A stretch of 64,000 nucleotides of DNA, taken from Narcine bancroftii (lineage: Eukaryota). Positions 24,401-36,289 of this stretch are shown piece by piece. The notes below the pieces were generated by a model. It was not told where the DNA came from. It was given only the letters and a program-made list of their open reading frames with translations, and made no database searches. The stretch covers positions 12,586,001 through 12,650,000 of the forward strand of contig NC_091476.1 in assembly GCF_036971445.1 (NCBI RefSeq), in the 5' to 3' direction. The position numbers and the translations under genes are program-made. Position 1 is the stretch's first letter. Each line of letters begins with the position of its first letter.

Positions 24401-27400
24401 GAGCAATCCAATCAGCCCATTTTCTGGTTCTTTTCCCTTTGCTGTCAAGTTACAATTCACTTGGTTTTTTTTGAGGGAACAACTTGAATATGTTTCCAGA
24501 CCTACAAGCATGTGACTCAGTAATTTTTCCCTATCTCCTGACATTTGTTATCCTTAGTCTCTTCAACATGTCTAGGAAGCATCCACTGATGGGAAGAGCT
24601 TCCTCAAATTCTCCCTTTAAAAAAAAACAAATAACCTTGCACGTGCTCATTAACTGTTCCTTTGATTTTTTTTTCTCTCCAAAGAGAACAATTCCACTTC
24701 ATCTATTTTAATTCTATCACTAAATTGCTTCTTCACTTAAATGGTTGTTCTTGATAGATAGTTTTGTCTCCACTTTCAGAAGATGTGGATCCTTATAAAA
24801 GTTCGCCTTTCACATACTTGGAGTTATCCACCTGAGATGCTTCATCTGCTTGCTATTCTATGATCCATGAGGCTAGATGAATGGCAATCTATTTAGCTAG
24901 TCCTTCTGACCGTGGGTGATCTCTTCATGCAACTAGCCACCCAGCTTTGGAGCATCCAACAAGTTTACCTGACCTCTTTATCTATTTTATCAATATAGAT
25001 TGTGGACTGCTTGCACTGCACTATTTATTCTTACTCTCAAGTGATCTAAATTGTTACCCTTGTATTCTAATTATTTTTTCCATTGATCTGTTTCCGCCAA
25101 TTTAATTTTCTTCACTGTTTTGTGTAGCTCCTTGTATGAAGCCTTCCAAATGTCCAAATATGTAATGTTCAGACTTTGTAATTTTGCTAATTATTTTAAG
25201 TACACTCCAAAATTTGGTTACGATTTGACTTTCATTTCCAAGTCCTTGCATTTGGACTTTTGCAATTTTTTTGTGTGTGTATGTGTTGAAAGTCGTCATG
25301 CTCCTGGAGTGCTATTGAGACAAGGATTTACTGAATTCATGGTTATGAAAACTTTGAGATTAACTGTTCTTGTGCAGGGTGTTCACAGAGCAAAAACCCC
25401 TGCCCTGTAATGCAAAATAAGAATTTTATTCAATTCACAATATTGCTTTTCATTGGCCTGATCTTTTGAATTTGGGATATGATATACTGATAAAACCTGC
25501 TAGCCCAGGAATAATCTGGTGAATTTTCAAACACCTCTCAGGATATTAATCAGATCTGTCCACTTTTCAAGATGTTTTTGTACTCTTTCCGCTGAAGTAA
25601 AAGGTCAGCATAATGCTTGCAGTATCTGGAAGTTAATTTTCAATGAACTGCAAACTGACCTGTCCCAAAGTCCTCTCCCAGTAACACTTCAGTCACTTCC
25701 CCAGCCTTGTTTCTCAAGGAGTTCAATTGCCACTGTTTCTTGAGTCAACCCATCAACATGTTGTTTGAGAAAACTTAACATATTTTCTAAATTCCACCCC
25801 ATCCAACCCCTTGGCACTCTGGCAGTCCCAGTTGATATTTGGAAAGTAAAACTTCCTGATATCAACCCTCTTATTTTTGCCACTATCGGAGATCTACCTG
25901 AATTTTAGCCCCTTGACCCCTTGGCACTCTGGCAGTCCCAGTTGATATTTGGAAAGTAAAACTTCCTGATATCAACCCTCGTATTTTTGCCACTATCTGA
26001 GATCTACCTGAATATTAGCTCCTTGAATTCAAGCTGACTGTTGATGGGTCCTTAGTCCAACTCCAACAATGTGATCACCACCTTATTTCTTTGTTTCTCC
26101 ACTGGAAGATGATTCCTCCAGAATATTATCTCTCAATATTGCTGTGATGTACTCCCCATTTAAATGTGCAACTCTCCTTCCCAACTCCCCTCCACTTCCA
26201 ACACACCTGTATTATATACAAGCCAGAATATTGTCCTATTCCTCTTTCTGTAGGCAGTCAGACAGGAGCAGATTTAGATCATTCACCCTATTAAGTCTGC
26301 TCTGCCTTTTGATTATGGCTGATTTATTTTTCCCTCTCAACCCCTTGGCACTTCCAGGAGATATGAAAGTAAAAGTTCCTGATGACAACACTCTTGTTCT
26401 TTTGCCTTATCCCCCTTAACTTCTAATATCCTCAATGATGAAGAATCTATGGACCTTTGCTTTATGTATACCCAATAACTTAATTCCAGAGCCATCAGTT
26501 GCAAAGAATTCCATAGATTCAATATCAAAAGATGTTAATTCCCATTTCAGTTCTGAAGGGACATCCTGTTTTTCAGGGTCGCTCCTTGGCTTCCTGGACT
26601 GGAAACATTTGTCCAGGTTAAATATTTGTTAGGTTTTGAGATTCTCTCCTTTTTTCTTCCCACTTCATCCTTCTGAACTTCAGCAAATACAGCCCCAGAT
26701 CCATCAAATGCTTCTCGTCCATTAACCTCCTCATCCCAGGATCATTCTGATAAACCTCTTGACCCTCTCCTGCACCATCGCATTCTTGCTTGGATAAGGG
26801 GCCAAAATTGTTCACAGTGCTCTAAATGTGTCCTGACAAGCAACTGATAAAGCCTCAGCGTGATGTGCTTGCTTTTATGTTCTAGTCCAGTTGAAATTAA
26901 TATTAACATTCCTTTGAACCCCAGCCCTGTTATCCAGTTCATAGTCCTTCACCCACCATCTCCACCTACCCACACTCTTCTTCCATTGTTTTCCTTAATC
27001 CACTGTTGCCATTCAGCCACTATCCCTCGTTAAAATGGTTCCATGATACTCTTTCCTTCATCAGCTGTCTGATGCTCCCTTCTGACTGACTTGTTACCCC
27101 CTCCCTTACTTTTTTCATCTTTGTCTGGTTCCATCTATTACTTCACCCAACTCCAATCTCAGCTGGGTCCAGTCATCTTTCACCCTTCAATCCACCTATC
27201 ACCCATTGACTAACCGCCTTCCCGTTCATACCATCTGTCTTCCTTCTCCTTTTCCAATGCTGAAGCAGGGTTTTAACTTGAAATGTTGACTTCATTTTTC
27301 TGAATGTATGCTGCCTGATCAGCTGAGTTCTTCCAGTTTTTTTTTTACTGCAGAATTTCCAACATTTTGTTTTCATTTCAGATTTTCCAACAGGTGCAAG

Positions 27401-28565
27401 TTTTCTATCTTTATTTTGCCTTCTGTTTTTCACCGGTATAACAATTGATTCTATAATATCTTGGCTAAGCTTCTTTTCTCAATTTTTTAATATAGAGCTA
27501 CACTTTGTCCTTTTTTCATTTTATCATTCTCTTTCTGAAACCATCCAGAAGATCTGACTTTCCCAACTCTTAACTCTGTCCACTTTTCACCTTCTTCTCT
27601 TCAACACCTGCTGTATCAGCACTCAATAACTCATACACATTTTGGTAATTTCCCTGGAGTTCCGCTGTATGATCACCACTATTTGATAACTTATTTTTTT
27701 TATTTCTTTCCCTTCCTACCTTTTCTGAACAATCTTCTTGAAGAAAAATACATGGTAACTAGTTCTGCCATTTCATTCATTAGCTTTTGTATTTCCATAT
27801 GATTTATGCTTGAATTTTTCCAACCTTTTTCACCACTTGTGACGTTTTGACCGTTCCATTCTAAAACTGCTTTTGCAGTACACCAGATTCAGCCCTCACT
27901 CACAGTTGTTCCTTCCTTATGTAATTTGAAGTTCTTGCTCAGTGCATTTCATTCACGTTTTCCACTTCCAATTTGCTGCTTTTCAACCATATAATCTTTC
28001 CCACAATCACTTGGTCCTGCAACTTGTCCATCCTAAATTCATCCCTGTTCTTTGGACAAAAAGATCAACTCTGTCCATCCTGCCACATCTCTCATCCCAT
28101 ATTTAATCCACCTTGCCTTCCAATTAGTAGTTTTCTTGGCTCGAGATATCTGCTTCAGAGTTTTACTTTTGAACTTCCCCACAACTGAAACGCATGTAAA
28201 TGTTAACTGATTTTTTTTTCTTAAAATGGAAAATACTGGAAATATTCAGCAGTTGTTGGGCGAAAGAGAAAGTTTGAATTTAAAATGAGACATGCTTCTC
28301 CAGAACAGAAAAGGATATTTCTGGCACCTGCACTCAGTTCTTTTTCAATTTTTTTTTTCTCTCTGTTTTCATAGTTATCAATGTGGAGGAGCAATTGAAG
28401 AAATTGAAGGAAGAAAAGTCCTGCAAAATTTGTTGGTCTAGAGATGTCTGCATTGTCTTTCTGCCCTGCAGCCACATAGCCACCTGTAAAGAATGTTCTT
28501 CTGTAAAAACGTGCCCAATTTGTTGTTCCAAAGTTGTGGAACGAGTTAAAGTATACATGGCTTAA
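11541..28565 (+). CDS. XIAP: X-linked inhibitor of apoptosis (BIRC4), whole-gene span; join(11541-12408,17971-18070,21158-21236,22804-22852,23036-23230,28375-28565), about 493 aa
   Basis: BIR1-BIR2-BIR3-UBA-RING with no CARD. All splice phases are compatible (1,2,0,1,1). The 100-nt and 79-nt internal exons match the recalled human XIAP structure, and THOC2 is adjacent. Confidence 0.92.
13555..13920 (+). mobile_element. Possible small solo LTR
   Basis: GC-richer block with TGTAAC...GCAACA termini and AATAAA near 13845; TSD only partial (gtcct/gtgtt). Confidence 0.35.
15040..16715 (+). mobile_element. Degraded Rex1/Babar-type LINE
   Basis: [49 protein letters not shown] in frameshifted ORFs; TTCTGA tail repeat near 16703. 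Confidence 0.85.
17971..18070 (+). CDS. XIAP: XIAP coding exon 2 (BIR3 core)
   Basis: tttcag|GTGAT...CCAGG|gtaaag, 100 nt, (G)[32 protein letters not shown](G). Confidence 0.95.
18380..19148 (-). mobile_element. CR1-type LINE 3' fragment
   Basis: [56 protein letters not shown], followed by a typical 3' UTR and a (tatgg)-like tail. Confidence 0.92.
19538..19985. mobile_element. Tc1/mariner (Tigger/pogo-like) MITE
   Basis: Imperfect TIRs CACGTCATCCCCGACTTACGACC / GGTCATAAGTTGGGGACTATTTG, flanked by TA on both sides. Confidence 0.75.
21158..21236 (+). CDS. XIAP: XIAP coding exon 3 (end of BIR3)
   Basis: ttccaaacag|GTGT...TCCACA|gtaagc, 79 nt, [26 protein letters not shown]. Confidence 0.92.
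21976..22200 (-). mobile_element. tRNA-type SINE
   Basis: Minus strand has a box-B-like GGGTTCAAATC and core TGTACATTCTCCCCAGGTCTGCGTGGGCTTCCTCCGGGCGCTCTGGTTTCCTCCCAC; several copies in the window. Confidence 0.75.
22804..22852 (+). CDS. XIAP: XIAP coding exon 4 (short linker exon), best candidate
   Basis: A phase 0-to-1 exon is required between 21236 and 23036. tatttcag|AATCAA...TTCTG|gttggt gives 49 nt, [16 protein letters not shown], with no stop. No homology support; an alternative exists at 22599-22635. Confidence 0.55.
23036..23230 (+). CDS. XIAP: XIAP coding exon 5 (UBA domain)
   Basis: tttttcag|AAAGC...GAAG|gtaatg; [42 protein letters not shown] carries the IAP UBA MGF and LL motifs. 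Confidence 0.92.
23456..23672 (+). repeat. 71-bp tandem repeat, 3 slightly diverged copies
   Basis: Units start with TATTCAC at 23456, 23527 and 23598. Confidence 0.9.
25806..26026 (+). repeat. 110-bp tandem duplication
   Basis: ACCCCTTGGCACTCTGGCAGTCCCAG... at 25806 and 25916; a diverged partial third copy near 26340. Confidence 0.85.
26645..26915 (-). mobile_element. CR1-type LINE fragment
   Basis: [20 protein letters not shown] and [11 protein letters not shown] in minus-strand ORFs. Confidence 0.7.
28375..28565 (+). CDS. XIAP: XIAP last coding exon (RING finger)
   Basis: Long polypyrimidine tract then catag|; (V)[62 protein letters not shown], a C3HC4 IAP RING. Confidence 0.95.
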
Positions 28566-29719
28566 TAAATGGAACAAGCAATTGTTACTAGTTTTTAAAA
28601 AGATTATTTTTCTGTATTAAATCTGGATGACTTTGACATTCCTTATTGAATTGTTTTTATGCAGTGACAATTTGAATCATAACCGTATTATAATCTAGTT
28701 TTGATATTATTTCAGGTAACACAGCTATCTCAGCAATGTTGTTGATTTTAAGGTTGAATTGAAAAGACAATGATCAAATGCTTTGATATTTTGAACAAAC
28801 TAATCAGTTGTTGATAATTGTTCAGAAATGGAATGTTTTGTAAAGAATTCTGATCTTGGAACTTGGCTTCAAAATTCAATGGAGATTGGCAACAATTAGC
28901 CCACTGGAAATGAGGAATTACATTAAACTGGATATTAAACAGCAAATGATCTTAGTAAATATTCTGGTGTGGTCAAGTTTTAGTTCTCAGACATATGTAC
29001 AGTGATACAGTAACTATATCATGTAATGAAGATCAATGATAGAATTGTCATGTAGTGACTTTGTGAACTTGAATCTACAAATGCACGTGTATAATCAACA
29101 TTTCCAAATGTTTTTATTTCTGGAACACTACCAAAGCTGCACAAATGGAGGGTGAAAAAATTGGGAATTCTCAATTCTGTCCCAGGCTGATGGCGAGAAA
29201 CATTTTGTTCAGGGTTTGGGTTAAGTGTAAATTAATGTTAAGTGATGCAGAGCTAAAACTACTTTAAATATAAAAGAATTGAATTAAAAAGTAACAATGT
29301 GAGAAACTGTACCCTGGCCAACTGTATTTGTGACTGATCTGTGTTCAGACTATTATTATTTGGCGTTCATTCGTGGATAATCCAACAATCTCTCTTCTCA
29401 CACCGCACTATAGCTTTCATTTGTCCAGGGACATTTAGAATGGTAAACCCTTTAGCAAACTTAACCCAATGTTAGAGTGAGCATTCTGCTCAAAGGTTCA
29501 TCTATTCTTTGGGGATTTGCAATGAATACATTATTTAAGTGCAATTAGATTTTATGCTTTTGCCAAGAATATATGAAGTGAGATCATTGTGCATTTAATA
29601 TGGTTTGGGGAGGTAGAAATCAAATTCTTTGCTTTTAACAGGGATTAGTATGAAGATGAACCATTTTGTGTTAATTGTGTTTATCTGATTTTTAAGTTGT
29701 GTAGTTGCACTGGACTCAG

Positions 29720-29740
29720 AATAAAATGGACATAATAAAA
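29720..29740 (+). terminator. Candidate XIAP polyadenylation signals (two AATAAA)
   Basis: AATAAA at about 29720 and 29734 followed by T/GT-rich sequence, about 1.15 kb after the stop. Usage is not demonstrable from DNA. Confidence 0.35.
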
Positions 29741-32700
29741 TATATTTCAGATTACAAAATATTTTCTGGTATTGCTCCTATTTTGACACTTTGATCTTGT
29801 TAAATTATAATCGTAAGGTTGAAAAAAAAAATTGTTTTAAAACTTCATGACTGAATTTTAGTGGAATGAATGTCTGTCTTACTGAATCATTTGGAGTGAA
29901 ACAAAAAAAAAACTTGTTTTGGAATTGTGAGCAAGGCAATTGGAAACAAGGCATTGGAGAAGAGTTTGCATATGATGGATTCGGAGTCCACCATGAGTAG
30001 AACTTTAAATACAACAAATGTAGAAGGTGTTTTCACATTGCCAAATGCAGATGACCCTCCTGGGACCTGGGTGTAGAGGTTAAAACCTTGCGTTTATGAT
30101 TTATGGTTGTTTTATGACTTTTCCTTTTAAGGATTAATGTTTTTGTAGAGTTACCATAGTTATTATGACGTTATATGTCGTAATATCTGAGCAGACCGGG
30201 AGTTCTCTTTTAATTCTTGAAATGACCATGGAAGAGGCATGAGCTCTCGAGAAACTTTTCTTTGAATTTATCCTTGTTATTCATTATCTTTATTTATTAA
30301 TAATCTTGTTATCATTTTCATATGTTTATATTTGTTTGAAGTTGAGTATTGTTATCATTTACAATATGCTTTGTTTTACTCATCGTTATGAGGTGTGAAG
30401 CTATGAAAATGTTTATTCGCTTTTAATCAATGGAAAACTATTTACAAAGTTTGATTTACTTGGATGAATAGGATATAATTCGGAATATCGAGGCTCGCTT
30501 TTCTTGGAAGGTGAAGTGTTTTGAGATTGAGGAAGTGTCACCTACACCGGGTAAAGTTCCCGGGAAGGCTGCACCTCCTGGGTCTTTAACACTGCAACCT
30601 TACCTGAAAAATCTGGGAACTGGGCATTTTAAAGGGGGGGTCCGCCCCCAGCAATGACATCACAAGTAATGTGTTACACACAGATAGGAAGTGCCACTGG
30701 AAGTCTAATCCTTCAGTTGTAATGGAGAACAGGATGGATTTTGCATCTGGTTGCACATTAAATGTAAATCATTGTTAATGGTTTAGGGCAGAGTAATTAG
30801 ACTATTTAAGCAATGTTCTTGGCATAAATTGTGATTCAACTTGAGAATTGAGATGGATGTAAATATTCTGATTATCGTTGGACTTGTATGGTAGAAGATA
30901 AATGAATGAATTGCTCTGTTGTATGGTAATGGCATTTTCAAACATGGTATATAGTGACAAAGGAACAGTTAATAAAGCATATAGTTTAACCCACTTGACT
31001 CACTGTCAGTTTAATAGCCATCAGTCACGTTTCCCACCAGATTGTTTTGCCATTGCTAGATCTCCTCCCGGTTTGTCTTTTAACTTGGGATTGCTCTCAT
31101 TTCCACCCCCTCCCCACCTATCTGTGTGTCCACTGTTCATTTCATGCTGCTGTTTGGATTGGTTTTGAGCAAGATACTTTCTGTCTGAATGTTCAGCTCC
31201 CATAATCCCTTGCAGAGTTGACTCTCCTCCTCTGCTTTATCGGAGTAAGTTTGTGAGACGCGAAGATCATGTTGAGATTTCTGCGCTGCTCCAGGAAGGC
31301 TCCGCTCATTCCAGACACAAGAGTTTTAACCCCAAAATGTGGCTTGCGCGTGAGCTAAAGTGTGGGAGCAGCGAATGGAGGAACCTTGCATTGAATGCAC
31401 TCGATCAGACGTGACCACCAGGAATCTCCTGCTGCCTCCTTTTCGGTATGATTTTGGAATACAGGATGGGACTTTTTTTTAACTTGTTTTGGATATGATA
31501 TTCTCATGGGATGCCTAATATTATTTGAATTTGTAAGGCTTACTATTGGCTTTCATCTGTTCTCTGATCATGAGATACTGTACAAATTTGCGGTTTCCAA
31601 ATTGTGTGAATTTGAAAAGAGATTTTTTGAGGTTTCGTTTTTAGCATTAATCTGGGGGAGCAGTGAATAGAGTAGGGTGATGGGAAGGGGAGGGATGACA
31701 ATGGAGTTACGAAGAATTTGGCAAGTTAACGCATTGGACAACTTGTCAAAATTGCTAAGCATTGGACATGGACTGCTTGCTGAAAGTGAGCGGATCACCC
31801 ATGTGAAGCCCACACGCAGGTGCTGAGATCACGAAGCCTTCGCAGTAAACCATTTGTTGATTCACACCACCAGGAGATTGGCGGGTGAGCTCTGCCAGGC
31901 TCTGAGACTACCCTCGACCTAGGTCTAAGAGCCCAGTTGATTTAGACTGGCCGTGCCCAGTCTGACCTCTTCACACCACGCGATTCCTGGGTAGGTAACA
32001 GATTAAATTGCCGACGGTGATGTGCAAAGGCTTAGAGACTTGCTTTGAAAAGTGAAATACCCAGCCTTCAATTCTTCTGGTATGAGTAATCTGAGATTCA
32101 TTTTGTAAATAGTATGCATATTTTATGATCAGCAAGATTCTTGAGTTCAACTCCTATGATCTCCTGATTCTATAAAGGTTTTATTTATCAGTTATGCACT
32201 GTCAGATCTGTGACTAATCTCAAAATCCACAAATGTCAACACAGAAATAAACTGCAGTCCAAAGAGAGATGGTCTTTACTGTCTTTGAATAGCCTGCAAT
32301 ACTTGAACTTCCCCCACAGATCAAGTGCAAACCTGAGTAAAACAAAATTGCTTCTTGTTCAGTTCAAGTTTGTCTTCAGTAATCATTGTAATTGTGTCCA
32401 ATACCTGTGTCAAGTGAATTAATTCTGTTGTCTCCTTGAAATACTGGGTCATGATAAATGGTGTGAAGTCACAGAAATTGTTCCAATCTGCCTACTTTTT
32501 TTCCCAGCCATGGCTCTGAGCTCTTCTCTTTAACTGTTGGCATTTGGGTCAAGACTTAAGCATAGTTTGTTCAGCATGAGAATATTCCCCTGTTTTCATA
32601 CTCTTGATAAAGTGAAAATTGCTTGAATCTGGTAAAGTTTTATGTTTGCATGGATCATATATTTCAATGTGCTTTGACAGCTGGATACATGAAACTTTCA

Positions 32701-33490
32701 TTCACTCAATTATGAGGAAGAAATATGTTCACATGGACCTTCTGGCTCTTCTTCAGTCAGAATAAAATTGCATCTGATTATTGTAAATTTCATCAAGATG
32801 TTGCTTATCTCTTACTTCCGATTATGGTTGGTTCGATGTTTTGATCATAAATTTGTCATGTACATTGTTCAATGTTCATTTGCACAGAAATGTTTACTTG
32901 CTGCAGTGATACAGGCCTTGGCCGAGGTTGGGATCAATGTCACCTAATACATTCTTTTTGTATTTATTTCAATTTAATTTTGTGTTCTCCATTATTATAG
33001 AAAGATATTTCTTTACAGTAGTGCAGAACATCCTTTTTGTGGTGTTGGATCAGTTCATGATTCAGTGTCACAACAGGAAGTTCAAGAGTCTAATGTATGA
33101 GAGAAAGAAACTTTTCTTTAATCTGGAGAGGTACTTGCCTTCATGCTTGTGTACCTTCCAACTGAAGGGAGCACTGAGAAGAGGTTAGGCCATTTCAGGT
33201 CGGTCCTCCTTTTGGAAGTTTAATAAAAATTGTTTTCCATTGCACATGTATAGAGTTTTAAATATTCAAGTTACATAAGTATGCTAAAGGGCTTCAATCA
33301 CCTGTGCATTTCACGTGTATCGTAACAAATGACAAGGTCATAGCTTAAAACCATCAAAGTGACTAAAATATATATAGTACAAAAAGCTATCATCGCGACC
33401 CACCGCCATGTTATTGCACTTGAGTGTTATTTCATTGAAAAGTGCACGCACATTGCTCACATCAGTGTTTAGTTCATTAAGTTATGCACG

Positions 33491-34574
33491 TTAAATGCCT
33501 GAGCAGTATAAACAATGCCCTTCCGTAGTCATTTCAGAATGACACATCAATCCAGCATGGGGAGGAAGGTGGAAGGGGTGGGGGGGGGGGGTGGGGAGAG
33601 ACTCTGCAAACGACCCAGCCACCTCACTTGTCTCCATGTGGCCGTGACCAAAATGTGGCGGTGTGGAATGAAACAGGAGGTTGATGGCAGAGGGTTGGTA
33701 TATAGCATGCAGGGGACTGTACAGCTGCAGGAACAGCTGCTGCGGAGAGAAGCCATTCTCAAATTGAGTGACCATGTTGTGGAACATGGAGGACTGCCTG
33801 TCCATTTCAGCGCTGAGTTCCCACAGAGCAGATGACAAGGCATACACTGCCTGCTCCTGCCTGTCAACGTCAGCCCAGCGTGCTGTGTCCTCCTCCCTAA
33901 GATTGGCAAGCATAGTTCTCTCTCAGTACGCAGGTGATCACCCTCCCTGTCCTCCTTGTCCAGTGACGTCATCATGGCCTCCAACTCCTTTGCGAGAATT
34001 TGGGTCTTTGTCAACCTCTGACGCTCGCGTCTCGGACAGAGTACTGTGGATCATATCAGGAAAAGGAGATCAATAGTGAAATTATCTGCTTTTTCACACA
34101 TGAAACATTGATGATACTATACCTGTCTTATCGGGTGTCCTTCTTGCCTCAGCCCTTCCAGTGCCATTGATACGTCAGAAGTGACCAGCCCCTCCTCACC
34201 CACTGGATCTCTACCATCAGTGCTGCTGGTTGACATATGAGATGACTTGGGTGAGCACTGGTGAAATCAGGACTCTCTAATGCACTAACCACATTCAGTG
34301 GTGTTGCTGAGCTGCTTGTCCTCCATTGCTCAAAATACAGCCAGTCCATATGTCCACTGGCCCTCCTGTTATGACCTAGCACAGAGTGGAATGTCTTCCT
34401 CAGGCTTTCAAGCTTTGTGACTACCTGGCCTTGACCATGGCTGTGACCACATACTGAAAGTGCATTGGCCATTTGTTGAAAGATAGGACCATCCCTCACT
34501 GAACCTGTGAGCTCCTTTTCCTGTTCTTCCTCAAACAAGAGATCAAGAAGCAGTCTGATTTCTCCATCTGCCAT
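33491..34574 (-). pseudogene. Harbinger Myb/SANT-like (trihelix) DNA-binding protein, frameshifted
   Basis: EIRLLLDLL..IFQQMANALSVCGHSHGQGQVVTKLESLRKTF..NRRASGHMDWLYFEQW fits the Myb/SANT-like pattern. Candidate 79-bp GT-AG intron at 34044-34122; the downstream helical region is split across frames. Confidence 0.7.
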
Positions 34575-34650
34575 TATCCCTGAATGCTCTTCCTATATCT
34601 GAATACACCTGGAATGCCTCCCTGCCATCGGGATTTTAAAATTTGCACTC

Positions 34651-34870
34651 CTGCGTCTCAGGCTGAGGACGTCACTGCGTCTCAGGCTGAGGACGTCACT
34701 GCGTCTCAGGCTGAGGACGTCACTGCGTCTCAGGCTGAGGACGTCACTGCGTCTCAGGCTGAGGACGTCACTGCGTCTCAGGCTGAGGACGTCACTGCGT
34801 CTCAGGCTGAGGACGTCACTGCGTCTCAGGCTGAGGACGTCACTGCGTCTCAGGCTGAGGACGTCACTGC
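34651..34870 (+). repeat. 24-bp perfect tandem repeat, 9 copies plus 4 bp (CTGCGTCTCAGGCTGAGGACGTCA)
   Basis: Directly visible; causes the ASQAEDVT and SDVLSLRR repeat ORFs. Confidence 0.97.
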
Positions 34871-36289
34871 CCCAAACAGCCACTTAGCGCAGCTGCCCAT
34901 TCAAATCGATTGGCGGAGAGCTGCACTGCAGAGATTATCCCTCTCGGAGAGGGGTTGGAATATGCAGCTCGGAAACCGCCTCTGTACGTTCAAAAAGGTA
35001 GGTGATTATGCGTTTTGGCGGAGTTTCTCCACCTTTACATCCAGACTTTTGGCCTATCTGAAATGGCCTGTTGTGACCAGAGTGATGGGGATCCTTTTAG
35101 AATCAGCACCTCCGATTAATGCTTTCAGTGGGCAGGAAGTCCAGCCTTCTGTGTTTCTTGAAGTATTTCAGAAAAAAAAAACCACAATAATAAACCAGCT
35201 GTGAATGCGCTGAGCCCATCAATATGCCTTGATTTGCATGGTTATTTACAATGACCTACATAATTGAATCATTGCAAATCCTCTGCAACTGTAATTCTTT
35301 GGCTCTACAGATTTTCTACCCTCAGTGCATCAATATCAAACGTAGTTTTAGCCAACCAATGCAAATGGAATGGATTCTTCCTGTGGGCAAATGAAACCAT
35401 AATGGATTCACCTTTGATTACAGATCTTTGTGTCCCTCTTAAAGCAATTAGAGCAACATCTTGGAGAGCTCATCTGTGGTTTTGAAAGGCAGAGTCTTTG
35501 TTTTGAAAATTATTTCTTTCATAAGCTGAATAAAAACCCAAGGTGCAAATTCTGTCAAGTCTTCCTGCACGTTGATCCCAGCATTCTTAGTGCGTTGAAT
35601 GTTGACTTTATCCCAATTATTTGATGGTTTCAAGATCAACAAAAACATTGAATTTTGTTCTTATTGCCCTATGGAAAGTGGCTTTTGAGTCAAGTTGTGC
35701 AGGTTCCAACAAATTGCAGAAAAATACTTCAACACCTTTTTACTTTATTAAAATTTTGTTGGTCAAGGTCTTCATTGTTTTGAGTTTTATGTTTTGTTGA
35801 ACTACTTCATGCCGACACAATCACATTTCTGGCCATGTAATTTGGAGGTTTATTCTTGCTCCTGCAGTACAGATGTCGATCGGATTTTTAATATCTTGAC
35901 CAGTCCATTTTTATTAGTTGATGCTTTTCTGATTGCCCCTGTCATTTGTTTCACAAGATTTGTAAATGTGCTGGTGCTCAATTTGTTGTCAGAGGAGAAG
36001 GATGACCAAAATTTATTGTGAAGCCATCCATAAATAACAAACAGTAATCACATTTTTACAGACATTCGAGATTTTTTTAATAATGTTGGAAAATACACAA
36101 AAATCACTCAATATGGTAACCCCACTTTCAGACTTTTATTAGGAATAGTATTAGAAGCACATAATTAATAAGAAAGGACAATTGCTAAAAGTCAAGAGAG
36201 ACTGGAAACTAGTTCTGACATTCATAGGAAAAATGCCTGGAGAACCTCCAACTTCAGAATTTAATATTATGTGAGTTGCATATTCATAG

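Larger units (their letters stand above)
33187..35069 (-). mobile_element. Non-autonomous PIF/Harbinger DNA transposon carrying a Myb/SANT-like gene
   Basis: Perfect 12-bp TIRs AGGCCATTTCAG (33187) / CTGAAATGGCCT (ends 35069), 3-bp TSD GTT on both sides, internal Myb/SANT-like ORF, no transposase seen. Confidence 0.85.

Noticed and set aside
11541-28565. Assignment as cIAP (BIRC2/3) or BIRC7
   Set aside because: No CARD exon between UBA and RING, three BIRs, XIAP-like linker and exon sizes, and adjacency to THOC2.
30010-32035. Possible Harbinger-like MITE ends (TTTTCACATTGC near 30030, GTGCAAAGGC near 32025)
   Set aside because: Could not pair the TIRs or find a TSD with confidence.
34584-35204. 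206-aa ORF with ASQAEDVT repeats
   Set aside because: Produced by the in-frame 24-bp minisatellite and runs across the transposon end.
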